Origin: the human T2T-CHM13v2.0 reference genome, Homo sapiens
Length of the DNA: 64,000 nucleotides
Direction: 5' to 3' (one strand)
Assembly (NCBI RefSeq): GCF_009914755.1
Contig: NC_060942.1
How positions within the stretch are numbered: the first letter of the stretch is position 1; every line of letters begins with the position of its first letter. Shown piece by piece: positions 13,249 through 26,720 of the stretch. The notes beneath the pieces are model-generated. The model saw only the letters and a program-made list of their open reading frames with translations, was not told the DNA's origin and did no database searches. The translations under genes were made by a program, and so were the position numbers.

Positions 13249-13785
13249 TGTTGGGGAAACATAACTGTGAAGTAAGGTCTAAAATTAAATCTACAATATT
13301 ATGTGCAGCCTTGTCATCTAAATCTGGGAAAGGCTTGGATGACCTAACCCCAAGTTCCCTCTGTCTCTGTCCCCCTGGATAAAGTCCCCTAGCCAAATAA
13401 CCCTCTTTGTCAAGTGATCAGCACAGTCTGGCTGATCTCTGAGGACTGGGTTTCAGTTCTCTGTCACCCCACAGAATTATTCAAACAAGATAAGCACATC
13501 CTCCTGTGAGAATCAGCAGTCATCCCACCCTCTTGACCATACAATATCTGTTCCCTACAGTCCATGGTTGTTCACTCTGTTCCCAGGTGCTACTCCTGTG
13601 TGGCCTATGTAGTGTCTTCCTCCCCTGGGCTGTGAGTATTCTTCCTCCCCTGGGCTGTGAGTATATGTGACCAATAAACTGTTATCTATCTTATCTGTCC
13701 AGTGTCAGATGTCACACATTTGGCCATCCCCATAGCCAGGACTGCCACTCTCACCAAGTGAGTGACTAGCAGGTGATTAAAACGG
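13249..13785 (+). mobile_element. Solo LTR, probably ERVL class (MER54/MER73-like)
   Basis: LTR layout with AATAAA (~13673) and a 3' end …ggtgattaaaac. Family assignment uncertain. Confidence 0.55.
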
Positions 13786-15820
13786 TAAAAATATACCCCG
13801 ATTCTGAGAACCTGTCCTCAAGCCCTTTGATCAACTAGTCTGCAATCTCATCTGGCAATGGCATTTCAACCTATATCCAACACAAAAACATGTGCTTCAT
13901 TGGGCTATCCTGCTTTGCTTCACAGGAGACTTGACAATGCACAGTATTATATATAAATCTAAAACCATCCATATTTCTTCCCTGTAAGTCCTGAAGGGTC
14001 TTATCAGAGAAAACAAAACTGCTTATATTAAGACATATTGTCATCTATTTTCTCTACCATATACCACCATGCACTTTATATATAAATAACATCCAACTAC
14101 TCCTATAATCTTATTTCATGCTTTCAATTTTTGTGATATTATTCTATCTTCTTAGAACAATGTTCTTGCTTTTCTTTGGTTGAATAACTTTGGTCATATT
14201 TCAAGAGTCAACACACACATAATTTTTTCTAAAAAAATCTTTCTTGAATTGAAAACTTGGGCCAACATACCTCATTGCTAGCCTTTAATAAACATCATGG
14301 ATTGACATCTTCTTTCTCCTCGTCTTCTTTCAATGAGAAGCTGTGTCTTATTTAACTCCGGATTCCCAGGGCCCAGCAAAGTTCTCCGAATGACAAACAC
14401 TACCTGTGGTGAAACTGACCTGATTCACCATTTTCCTCTTTTTGTGGAAGCACTTCTCATCCACACTACTCTCCACTCTCTATTAGTCCATCACTTCAAG
14501 TATATCTAGACTAAGCTCAAACTCAGTCCCACATTTAACTTCAATTCACTCTGTGTCCATATTCTATGTTCAAAAAGAATCAAATCTTTTCTATGAGAAA
14601 ACACAAGTATAAATACAATGAAAATATTTTAATACACTCTATCATAGAAAAAGAAGCTACTTTTAAGACAATTTATATCAAGACAATGTGGCAAAGTTAC
14701 TTTATACTTTTTCCAATAGCTTTAAAATAAGATTTGGTATATGAATAGACTCCGCATAGATGTGACATCAGGAATACTGGGAGTCTGTGAATAAATATTT
14801 TGATTGACTAATTTCATTTATTCTCATCACCTCTCTACTTGCTTGCCCTGGCCTTGGTAAAACTATTTGGAAAGAGAATCAAACCTCCTAGAATAAAATT
14901 AAAAATTGATTTTTAGTAAAGTTTCATGTATTAAATTATACTCAGTATCAGAGAAGTGAATTTTTTTATGTTTTCTCTGGGAATATGACTACTTATAACT
15001 GTGTATATTAGTGTGTATATACATGGTGGGTATATATACATATCTATTAGATTTAATGTAAAAAGTCATTGCAACTATTTAAAATAAGTGATGGGTTGAA
15101 TTATCTGCAGAGGCAAAATAAAATAGCTAATTTCAGAATGAACATTTTCAACTTTTTAGGCCTGACTAACAGTTTAAAAAACAAGAGTTTGGAGACAAAT
15201 TGGTTTACTAAACAATCAAGAGTTTGGGGTGGTAAGAAGTAGCCAGTCATTTTATTTTGGCAATATTTTTTATTTGCTTCATCTTTCCCCATGAACATGT
15301 GGAGTTAGGTATGGCTGATGGGAGTCTTTTTCGACTTCTCAGAAACTCCGTTTCATATCCTCAATCTATCATTTCTAAATGTCCTTTTTTTTAACCTGTC
15401 TTCAGATCATTCATGTGTTTCATGAGAATTAGACATTCATTTTCCCCGTTTGAAGAAACACTGTGTTGACTGACACATCCACAGTTTTAAAATAACACGG
15501 TTTACATTATTTAGGACATCCTGGTGTATTTGTAGAAAAAGAGAAGCAAAAACTAAGGATGGACTGTATATCCAGTTTTTCCTGAAACTACTCAGTGTTG
15601 ACGTGTTCCCATGAGAATGTGCATTGTTGTTCAAACTCTAGAAAACCAGTTATTTCCCAGAAGAATTTAATTTTCTATAATCCTACCAAACAGAAACATT
15701 TCCTTGCTCTGGAGAATTAAATCATGTAAGACTATTTGTTGTTTTCTTTAAGAGTCACATCTGGAGAATAACTGTCTTTTACCCTCTGACCCTTTTGATA
15801 GAGATAATAATCCAAATTCT

Positions 15821-16140
15821 TTTTTTTTTTTTTTTTTTTTTGAGACATGACCTCTGTCTGTGACCTAGACTGGAGTGCAGTGATGCAATCACAGCTTACC
15901 ACAGCCTCAATCTCCCAAGCTCAAGCAATCTTCTCACCTCAGCCTCCTGAATAGCTGGGACTACAGGTGCATATCACCACACTTGGCTATTTTTTTTATT
16001 TTTTATTTTTATTTTTATTTTGTACAGACAGCATCTCTCTATGTTGTACAGGCTAGTCTCAAACTCCTGGGCTCAAGACATCCTACTGCTTCAGCCTCCC
16101 AAAGTGTTGGCATTACTTGTGTGAGCCACCATGCCCAGTC
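15821..16140 (-). mobile_element. AluJ
   Basis: J-type text (ctcctgggctcaag, cagcctcaatctccc). TSD TCCAAATTCT(TTT) at 15811 and 16141. Confidence 0.95.
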
Positions 16141-16480
16141 TCCAAATTCTTTTCACACAAATTCATTCTGTACAATGACTTCTGATTATTCCTCCAGTAG
16201 CATCATGTTTATCATATTTATGTAACAAGCTAAATTAATAAATGATGCAAGGCTGAATAAATTAAGGTCATGAACAACAGTACAGGCTGTCCAGCAGGGC
16301 TATGGAGGTACAAAGAAGTAAGAATGACTTTTCACTGCTTTCATGAAGCAAGATTGTACAGAAGACTTTACATGGACATGTAGGGAATATATACATACAT
16401 ACATATGTGTGTGTGTGTGTATATGTATTTATATGTTTTATATATGGACACAGAAATCCCAGGAGAAAATATACAGTTAA

Positions 16481-16805
<325 letters not shown>

Positions 16806-16847
16806 CTAATTAGGTAAAAGGAAGTTGATAATTTGGTGCTCCGATAG

Positions 16848-18230
16848 ATTTTTTAATCTTTATTGTTGTATAATTAACATTCAATGAATTGTACAACCAT
16901 AAAGTATACAATTTGATAAGTTTTGATACATGTATACACCTATGAGACATCATCCCCATTAAAATAATAAACATATGCATTGACTCCAAAAGTTTCCTCA
17001 CACCTCTTTATAATCCATTTCTTCCCCAGTCCCCAGCCAATCAGTTGTACGCTTTCTGGAACTATAGATTAGTTTGCATTTTCTAAAATTTTATACAGAT
17101 AGAATCATACTTTCTGTGGTCTGGCTTTTTTCATCTATCATAATGACTTTTAGATTCATTTTTTGTTCATGCATCCAGTGGCATGATTATAAATATTTAA
17201 CCACCAGCTCTCTGGTGGCAGTGTTGGTAGGGGTGGGTGTGAGCGATCTGTAGCATTTGTTGATTTTCATGGTGCAAAGATTCCCATCATGATGGATTTT
17301 AAGCTACCAACATGATATCTCTGAACTCACAGTAGGAAAGAAATGCACACAATCACATCTTGTGAGCTAGTTCTAGCCAAATCCAGCTCATCACTATATG
17401 TGTCATTGTTTCATTCCTTGTTATTATTGAATAGTATTTTATTGTGTGGTTTTACCATAATTTGTTTATCTATTTACCTGTTAATGAACAATTAGATTGC
17501 TTCTGGTTTCAGGATATTCCAAATATGTAGAGATGTTGTGAATATTCTTGCTCAAATCTTAGTTTGGACATATGCTTTCATTTCTCTTAGACAAATACCT
17601 AGGAATGAAATAGATGAGCCATATTGCGGTAAAATATTTCCAAGGTGGCTGGATTATTTTATCCTCTCACCAGCAGTGTGGAAATGTTGTAGTTGCTCCA
17701 CACTCTTGCCAACACTTAGTATCATCAGTATTTTTTATTTTTTCATTCTAATGGGAAGTAATATATCCCATTGTAGTTTTAATTAACATCTCCCTAACAA
17801 TGAATGATGTTGAATATCTTTTCACATGTATTTTTGCCACCTATATGTCTTCTTTGGAAAGTGTCTACTCAAATATTTTGTCTGCTTTTTTATTGGGTTG
17901 TTTGCTTTCATATTATTGAGTTGTAAAAGTTCTTCATACATTCTGTACAAAATTCCTGTGTCAGTTATACATTTCATAAATATTTTCTCCAAGTCTATGG
18001 CTTGGTTTTTCATTTTCATAAGTTAATAAATCTCTACCAAACTTAACATCACTAAGGTTTTCTCCTTTTTTTTCTAGGAATTTTAGAGTTTTCGTTCTCA
18101 AATTTTGGTCTATATTTCATTTTGAATTAATTTTTGTATATGGTGTGAGTTGAGGACCAAGATTCATTTATTTGGATAAATGGCTAACGAACTGACTCAG
18201 AACCATTTGTTCAAAATATGATCCTTTCCC
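16848..18230 (-). mobile_element. Old mammalian L1 (L1MB/L1MC-type) 3' region
   Basis: Minus-strand ORF2 C-terminal remnant (ORF 17822..18019 …YRMYEELLQLNNMKANNPIKK…) plus a typical 3'UTR. Confidence 0.85.
17176..17396 (-). mobile_element. MER63-like hAT DNA transposon nested in L1
   Basis: cagtgg…cact termini and internal aagctaccaacatgatatctctgaac. Degenerate 8-bp TSD catgcatc/tatgtgtc. Confidence 0.75.
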
Positions 18231-20024
18231 TGTGGTTCAATAGATTTTATTTTTAAATTCAAGATACTCATATATGACTCTAATAAGTTGAGAAATGCTA
18301 AAGCTATATCAATATTTTTAATTGTATTCATTCTCCATCTAGAGATTTGTGTACACGAGGTTATGAAGTACAGAAGTGTATCTATTAATTTAACACAAGA
18401 AAGTTCAAATTTAAGAAGGAGATGGACTGATACATGTCCTAAGAAGTCAGGCTGCTTAATTTTCACTCCTCTATTGTATAAGGGACAGGGAAGAAAGTGT
18501 GCATGCTTGGGATAAGCAAAGATGTGGGAAAAAATTGACCCATAGGGTTGCAATGATTGCTGCACTCCAGTAGCACTCAAAGAGGTCTCACAATATGATA
18601 AGGATTGTTCTAACAAGTCTTGCTTGACTTCTGCATCATGAACCTCAACATACAATCCCTCATCTCCCTATACTTCTCCCAATTCTGCAACCTAGTCATT
18701 AAGAATATGCAAAGTAATTGCATATCAAAAGCCACCTATGAAGTATTAAAGACAAAATAAACCAGTGTAAAAACCCAAATGAAACAAAGCTATTATTATT
18801 AGCTTTTCAAAATGTTTTGAGGTAATTGTTTAATTGAGCAGACATCTGTTTGGTACCAGCAGTAACACAAAACAGTTTTATTTGGTAACTTAAAGAAAGT
18901 TAACCTCAAAATCAAAACAAAGCAAAACAGTTAAGATGGTTGCAATTTACTGCTGAAATTATTGTAACTCTACTTACCTCCTTCCCTTAGAGAAAGTCAA
19001 AGTAAGCTAGCTTTTTATTTATGCTGGTTTCAGATATCCTTACCTATTTTCCTCATATACTATAGACATTCCCTGAAAATTCAAATATCATAATTAGAAT
19101 AAAAATAATTTATCTTAAAATATTTATTTTGCAGACTGAGTTTTCAACATCTGTATCAAAAAGTACAGCAAACCATGCAATTGGTTTAAATACTCATTTT
19201 AGTGATCATTTTATAATGTAAATATATAAGTAAATGTGAATTTAATTTTATAAAAATTTAAGAATTTTCATATAAATACATCATTTATTGGAAGAATTTT
19301 CTTTGCTAGTCCCCATGTTTTGATTTGTAAATTGAAGTTACTGTATCTGAATAGGTTGTCAATTTGTTCTACCTCTTTCGTAGATCCTAACTGAATAACT
19401 TCCAATCAAAGGATTACCTACAGAAAGAACTAGTACTTCTGAAATAACAGAAAACCGATAAGACATGAAGCTATACAGCAAGAAGCGGCTGAATCAGTAG
19501 ATGAGAAATAAAACAGTAAATAGCAGGTAACAACAGATATGATATATTCTTGAGTGTATGGGGGCAATTTTCTGCACATTCCTAAATCAGTGAAGAGGAA
19601 TGTGACAAGGACCTGGGTTTTGTATCCACATGTGAGGGTTACACAGTAATTAGTGCTTGCCCCAAAGTAGAAATAGCCACAGGATATGTGCTTCCAGGAC
19701 CAGCTTTACTCATTGGCATGAATTGTTGAAGGGTCCTAGACAAGGGCCTGATGCCTGCTTCCTCCCATCATCACATCCATGCACAGGCATGCTCTATCCA
19801 TCGCATTATGCCTGAAACTATACTCCTACAGTTTGTTTTTTAGCCTTTCTCCACCCCCGTCCTTCTCAACAGTTATCTCTCAGTGTAAACAGATCAGAAA
19901 GCAGACTGAGACTCTGAAAGTGGTGATGTTGGGGCTGTGGGTGTCGAGGCTCTAATGAGGAAAGGGAGGAGGTCTCCCTGAAGGGCTCCCTCTCACCTTC
20001 TGTCTATAGCTTCCGGAATAAAGC

Positions 20025-20140
20025 CCTGTTAAAGCATTTGCAACTCTGCTGTTTTCTTCAGTGCAAGTTGTTTACCCGTCTGTCTCCTCTTACAGCCTGT
20101 AAACTCTTCTAGAGTAAGAAATACGGCATATGGTGAGAGC
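20025..20140 (+). mobile_element. L2 3' fragment
   Basis: ttgtttacccgtctgtctcctc…gcctgtaaactcttctagagtaaga. Confidence 0.5.
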
Positions 20141-23100
20141 CTGGTTTAACCAATACATTAATTTTAAAAACTTTGATTTCCAAGTTTTAGTGAGGATCAT
20201 TTTAGAATGTCCTTAGAAGACTCATAACTATCAGTGTTTAATATTAGACATTTGTGGGGAGGAAGGGAAGAATCTCAGGAATTTACTGTTCAATATCCAT
20301 AGTTGTGTTATCTTCTTTTGGTTGTATGTGGTTGCAGGTGTGTGTGTGTTGCAGCTGGGGCAATGGTTCTGAAGAAGAGAGAAAGAATCTGAAAGACAAT
20401 TTTTGTGTCCAAGGTATTTCAGTATCCAAATTCCTTATTTCGGAATGTTACTTGAAAAAATCTCTCATCTTGCCATGATAAAAATTGGTTCAGATTTAAA
20501 ACACCCCCATCTGGAACCAATGTCTTTCTCTGTGTTTAACTATTTAATTGTCTGCTCAAAAACAGACACCCCTATTTTCTGTGAAGAAACCTGCTCTTCC
20601 TCATGATAGATTCTGGGCCACAAGTACCTCAAAGCTTCCAAAGGACTCATAAGCACACATTTGTTTTTTATCTGTAAAACATATCCAAGTGGTTTCTTCC
20701 CAGCTTAATGGAAGGTATGATTTAGAGCTAAAAGACTGTAATCCATATGGCTTTTAAATAGGTTATTTCTTTGTTTTGGTTATTTTGAGAGTACATAAGT
20801 TTCAGCTCCTGAGTAAATTACAGGCTTTTAAGGCTTCACATAGCTATTTTGCTTTTAAGCAGACAGGATTTCACCTTTATTCCTCCTCAGTTTGCTTTCT
20901 TATTTACAAATGAAAAACAGCAGAGGGTAGCATTTATTTACTTTCTCCTGAATATCAGCCACGCAATATGCATGGGAAGCCTATGGAGGTGGGACACACG
21001 GGCCTCCCTTCTTAGATGCTGGCTTCTGAGGCTCCTGTCTATAATATCAGAGCAAGTGCATAGGAAAAGAGGCCTGTAGAAAAGATGGCTATGAGATGTG
21101 AATAATAGTTCTGCTATGTCAATAAGTAAAAAAGTAAGTGGATAAAAACCAAAGGAAAACAAATAAAAGGGCTGAAGGAAGAGATGATGAACTTTCTGTG
21201 ATATCTTGTCCAGCTTTTCCTTCTTCAAGATAATAAAAATTAAGAAAGTAATAACAAGAAGTCTACTCACCTATTGTTTGCGTGGTATGTATTAGGAACA
21301 CTGTCATGTGAATCTAAAGAGCCATTTGATTGAGGAATAACAATAAATAAAAAGCAATTACATCCATTTCTATAATTCCATCTAATTGATGCTGGCAAAT
21401 AAATGAGGATATGCAGAGAGAAGATTTTTCTGATGGTGAAGGTTGAAAATGGATAAAACAGGAAGCACTGAGATTTTTCTATTTTATTTTTACTAGTAGA
21501 CATTTATCTCAGTCTTATCCTTCTGTAGTGCTACATGACCTCACCAGGCTTACCTTCTCAGTGTGATAGTGACATCTTGGGAAGTCGTGTCTCCAGGCCT
21601 CACGCTGGTAGTCCCCTTGATCTGAAGCATTCTCCCACCCCTTGCTGCTCTTTGAACTCACTCGCTTATGAGTATATTAAAACCCCAGTTTCTCATCAAA
21701 GCTTCCCTTCAGTTCTACCACAAAGAAATTATAGAAATTTGAGAATGTCACTTCTCTAAGCCTTCATTTCTCCAACTTTAAGATTAGCAAATGGAAGTGA
21801 TCTTTAATATCACTTCTGCTTCTGGTCCTTGAGTTAATTCTGCAAGTGTAACAATGTCCATGCTTCTTGAAAACTCCTACCTCTCCTGATTTTCTAGGCA
21901 CATTTTCTAAACTACTTGTGCATAACTTATACCATGGTTAAGTAAGAATATTGCAAGTATTTAGGAAACTAACTTTTCCCTTCACTAGAATGTGAATTCA
22001 TTTTGGTTGTACCATTTTATAAATTTAATTTTTTGTTCTCTGACATCGTAAATTTTTAAGGTCCCAAATGTTGTAGAACGAATGATATACCTAATCAATT
22101 TTGAGATTAAAGACTATTAGTAGATACAATGATGTGTCAGCACAAGGCTTTATGTTTCAGGTTTACCTGGAAGGGAGAGCAGGTAGGGAGAAAAATGGCT
22201 GCTTCAAATATCTTCAAATTTCAGCCACAATATTATGGTTTTGAACAGATGAATAACTAACATTTAAAACTGTCTTACCATAGGAAATAAAGCAGTAAAT
22301 GTCTGTCTTTTGAGAAGATTCATCAGGGATTATATGACCACTTTGTGGAGTCACACATGAAATAAAGGAGTATAAGTGATTTCTGTGGCCTCTTTTTACT
22401 ACAATTCTTGCAGCCTATGACTCTATCATGTTTCTTAGAGTGACACATACCCATATGAACATTGTGCCCTGTTGAATACCCACAGAAGATGCTGTCTAGT
22501 GGAAATAAGAATAAATGTAAGTGAATCCAGAACCATTTGGATATGATTGCTCATATCAGGGCATGGAAGGCAAAGGTGGTTATGTCTTTGCACTGGTCTT
22601 GGTATCAGAAACTTGACCCCAGCTCAGGCTTTGCTAATAAAGAGCTGTAAGCTTTGGGCAAGTCATCTTACTTTCCATTGTTTCAGATTTATTCTCAAGA
22701 AAGTGAAAGAGGTTGAACCAGATAAGTTCAAACATTCTGATTAACTTTAAGTGATTGTATATCAATAGAAACAGAGATATACTGCATTTCTAAAAATCCT
22801 AAAAGATGACTATCCAAAATAATAAACCATAAACATTCATTTACTTCACAAAATTAATCTTTGTTTTATAAAGGATTGAAAAAGCAATCTCATCTGCATT
22901 TATTTATGCCAATTATATATTTAATAAAGCTCTGCTATCATGAAACAAAGTTGGACAGCGTAGGGTGAGGATGAGAATATTATAAACATTATCATTTACC
23001 ATTATTGTATGATTTCCTATTTATAAACTACAGTAATTAAAATCATTTTACAACTCTTCCATTAGTCACAGAGCTATTGATTCATTACTGAGTTTATACC

Positions 23101-23614
23101 TGCTTCATGAAAAATCCTGATGACTGAGAAGAAGATGAAAATATCGTGGATGCTTGGAATGAACTCTAATTGAAAGTGTTGGCTTCAATGAGCTTTATGG
23201 TTTGAAGAAGGCGTTCATTTTATGGCTTGCTTTATTTTTTTCAGGGATAAATGTTACTTCATTTCTCTTATGGATTGCATTTTATCTTAAGAAATTAAAA
23301 AATCTCTATCAGAATAAAGTAAGAAATGACACACTTGGGATAGAGAGAATATGTTAAATCATGGACAGATCTCAGAAAGATTGGAGATCAGATGGTAACC
23401 CTTTCCACCCTAGGTCTACTTTCCATACCTTTACAAGCTTCCAGTATCCCTACCTCTTTCTCAATAGTTCAAGGCCTCAAATTATCCCAGGTTTCCATGT
23501 CATTGTTAAACGTGGTCTTACACATTCACACTTAGCTATTAATGGTTTAAATTATTTAAAATAGCAAATCCATTATCCACCTAGAACTGAAGGAATTATA
23601 AACAAATTACTAAT

Positions 23615-23650
23615 ATTTGCATTAATCTTTAGAATTTACAAAGTGTTCAT

Positions 23651-23689
<39 letters not shown>

Positions 23690-23880
23690 GTAATCTCATG
23701 ATAATCTTACAATATTCCCTTGAGATATGGTACGTATGTTAGATATTATTCATACCACTTATAAAAGGTGAGGGAAATGATTCAGAGGGTTTAAGTGACC
23801 TATCCACAGCCACTGAGCTACGGATATCAGTGGAAGAAGATAAATTGAAACTCAAGTTTTTCCATTCTAAGACCTAAGCC
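23615..23880 (-). mobile_element. MIR containing a (CA)n microsatellite (~23650-23687)
   Basis: gagggaaatgattcagagggtttaagtgacctatccacagccactgagcta. Confidence 0.75.
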
Positions 23881-24214
23881 TTCAAAAAATGTGTTTCCTG
23901 TAGTTATCTATGCCAATCATAAGTGATTTATTTCAACTTATCTTCTCAATGTTGTTTGACTTTTTTCTTATTTATTCATTTATCACATGAGCCTCCTTCT
24001 TTAGGATCAGAAAAGTTCTAAACTAGAAGAAACATACACAAATAATGTTTGGGCCAGACATCTAATTTTCAGCAATAGATTAGTGAAACACCCAACATGT
24101 CACCATCTATGCTCTTATAGATTTCACGAAATATTACAATAAAGTGACATCTCATTGCTACCAATGTTTAACAAATTAAAAAACAAAAACAAGCCCAAAG
24201 ATTCTAAACGCCTT

Positions 24215-24680
24215 TGGGGTATGAGGTCAGACTCATTTCTGGAGGTGAGGCTTGGACTCTGGGGCAGAATGAAGACTAGCTGAAACGTGGAAGAGAAAAA
24301 AAGAACCCCTCTATAAGACATGTCCACCAGTGCCATGTTGGTTTACCACTGCAATGACAGCACCTGGAAATTACCACCCCTCTCCATGGCAATGGCTAAG
24401 GAGTACCACCCTTTTTCTAGAAGTTTCTGCATAATCTGCCACGTAATTAAAAGTAGGTATAAATATGACTGCACAACTGCCCCCAAGTTGCTACTCTGGG
24501 CACAGCGCCTATGGGGTAGTTCTGCTCCACAAGGAACAGTGCCTCTGCTGCTGCTGTGCACTGCCACTTCAACAGAAGTTGCTGTCTAACACCACTGGTG
24601 CATCCTGAATCCTTTCCTGGGTGAAGCCAAGAACCCTCCTGGGCTAAGCCCCAGTTTAGGGACTCACTTGCCCTGTATCA
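24215..24680 (+). mobile_element. Solo ERV1 LTR, MER66-like
   Basis: TATAAA at ~24458 and 3' end gaagccaagaaccctcctgggctaagcccc…ccctgtatca. Confidence 0.7.
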
Positions 24681-25175
24681 CTTTGAACAATGTCATACAT
24701 CTAACCCATAGAACTAAGGCAAAAACTGAAGTTGCCAATACAAAATCTTATAGATGTTTTTAGTTTTTAATAAAAAAATTATTATTTTTTCCCCTTGAAA
24801 TTCTCTAGAAAAGTAATTTCCACTAAATTTGTTAGTATCCTGTTCGATTATGTTTTCTCACTGGAATCCTTTTTGTCTGTCCAGTGAAACTAAAAAAAAA
24901 AAAAAAAAAAAAAAAAAACAGTATTCTAGTGGTAACTAAGTTTGTCCTACTCAGAAACCAATCAAGAATTTCTTGAGGGCTTCCTGAGTGTAACAACACT
25001 TTGTGTAATGACAGTGCTCTGGGTGTGTAGTTTCTAAGTGCTCTATTGTGGGGAATACACAGTGTAAAGGACCATTTCTCTCTACCAATATTTACAGTTG
25101 AGTAACTAGACAGCCTGTGAATAAAATCAGCAGCTGCGGAGTGAGCATACATTCACGAGGACAAGAAAATCAGAG

Positions 25176-25595
25176 TGTGGCCAACATGGAGATGCTACAC
25201 CCAGATCTTTTTTTGAGGAAAGACTTACTGCCAGCTGCGGAGAGTGTGGTCAGCTGAGAGGCTCCTGTTAACCCTTCTGGATCAGTCTTAGCTCTAAGCA
25301 AGAGCCACCTTTTCTTGAAGTTATGTTCTTTCCACTTCTGGGGAAAGTTCGAATCCTGTGCCTCAGTGAGGAAGGAGTATGAAGGTGCCTGCTGGGGGAC
25401 AACCCTTATGGATAATCTTGCTCCACATCTCCCAGCTAAGGTGGATAAGGCCCTGTTGAGCATGGGTCACAATTCAACATTTTTCCTCTTCCCAATCCTG
25501 TTTTCTCCCCATTTCCTTTGTAGGTGATTCCTGATAAATATCTTGTATCCCAACTCTATTTTAGCATCCATGTCCCAGAAACCTAACCTGCCACA
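25176..25595 (+). mobile_element. Solo ERVL LTR, LTR16-like
   Basis: tgtggccaacatggagatgctacacccagatc…cccaatcctg…cctaacctgccaca. Near-TSD cagag/gagag. Confidence 0.75.
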
Positions 25596-25964
25596 GAGAG
25601 CTGCAGGGCAGACAGAGCTGAATATTGCAGAGACAGGCACAGACAGACAAACATCAGAAAAAGAGCCATGATAGCTTTGCATTTTTTTGCTGTTATTCTC
25701 CTGAACCTGGCTATAATTTTTGCCTTTTTGTTCTGTTTTCCAATCTTGCAAATTACAATAAATCGCTCTAATTATTCTTAGTGTATTGTTTAATTTAATG
25801 CAAATAAATTTCTACTTTTAACAGCAGTAGTCATAACTGTATGACCAAATAAAACACAGTGTCGTGTTTTGCAGCAGTGATACAAAGTACAATAAAATCT
25901 AAGAGAAAGAACATATGAGTTTGTAACAGCAAGGAAATAAACATGAATGCCAGGATTTTAACCA

Positions 25965-26262
25965 GTTTTTCTTCAGTCCCCTTCTTTTCTTTTCTCTTTT
26001 CTTTCCTTTTCTCATTTCTTCCCTCCTTCCTTCTTTCCTTCCTTCCTCCATCCCTTCCCCTCCTTTTTCTTTTCTTTTGTTTTCTTGCCTTTCTTTGTCT
26101 TTCTTTCCCTCTCTTTTTCTTTCTTTCCTTCCTTCCTTCTCTTTATTTTTTCTTCCCTCCTCCTTTCCTCACTTCCTCCCTCCCTCCCTCCCTTCCCCCT
26201 CCTTCCTTCCTTCCTTCCTTTCTTCCTTCCTTTTTCTTTATTCCCCTCTGCTTTCTTCCTGA
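25965..26262. repeat. CT-rich polypyrimidine tract (CCTT/CTTT/CCCT units)
   Basis: About 300 nt almost entirely C/T on the plus strand. Confidence 0.95.
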
Positions 26263-26559
26263 TCTTTGCAACTCACTGTTCCTAAACAATAGCCCAGTGA
26301 GATTTCTATGGTGCCAGATCAACAAATGGAGTTTCTAAGAGTAGTATGTCGATAGTCTGGGGAATTATAATGGACAAATACAGCTAGAATTTTAGCAGAT
26401 TCTGTAAGGCATAGCAAGGGCTTGTATTAGAGAAAAGGAAATAAATCATAGACAACAAAATTCAGATTGTGCTACTTTTCCTTTCACAAAGAGAAAAATA
26501 TAGTCTATATCTTTTTAAGGCAGCCTGATCCTTCACGTTTTAGCCTGCATTCTTCTGTT

Positions 26560-26720
26560 CCTCTATCTTCCCAGCTCAATGAAATTTTTCTCAACCTCCA
26601 GATCCCCAATTTACTAAGTTGGAAGCTCCAAAGAGGGATAAGTATATCTATCACTGTTATCTCAGTATCCCGAGTGCAAAGCATGGATAATAGGGGACAT
26701 TTTGGTGTATATTTGCTGAA
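26560..26720 (+). mobile_element. L2 3' end fragment
   Basis: ttggaagctccaaagagggataag…atctcagtatcc…tatatttgctgaa. Confidence 0.5.

Noticed and set aside
18197-18655. 152-aa minus-strand ORF
   Set aside because: Non-ATG start, no recognisable domain, AT-rich composition, and it runs into an L1 remnant.
25943-26338. F/L/S/P-rich 131-aa ORF resembling a membrane protein
   Set aside because: Simply the translation of the CT tract, which lacks stop codons.
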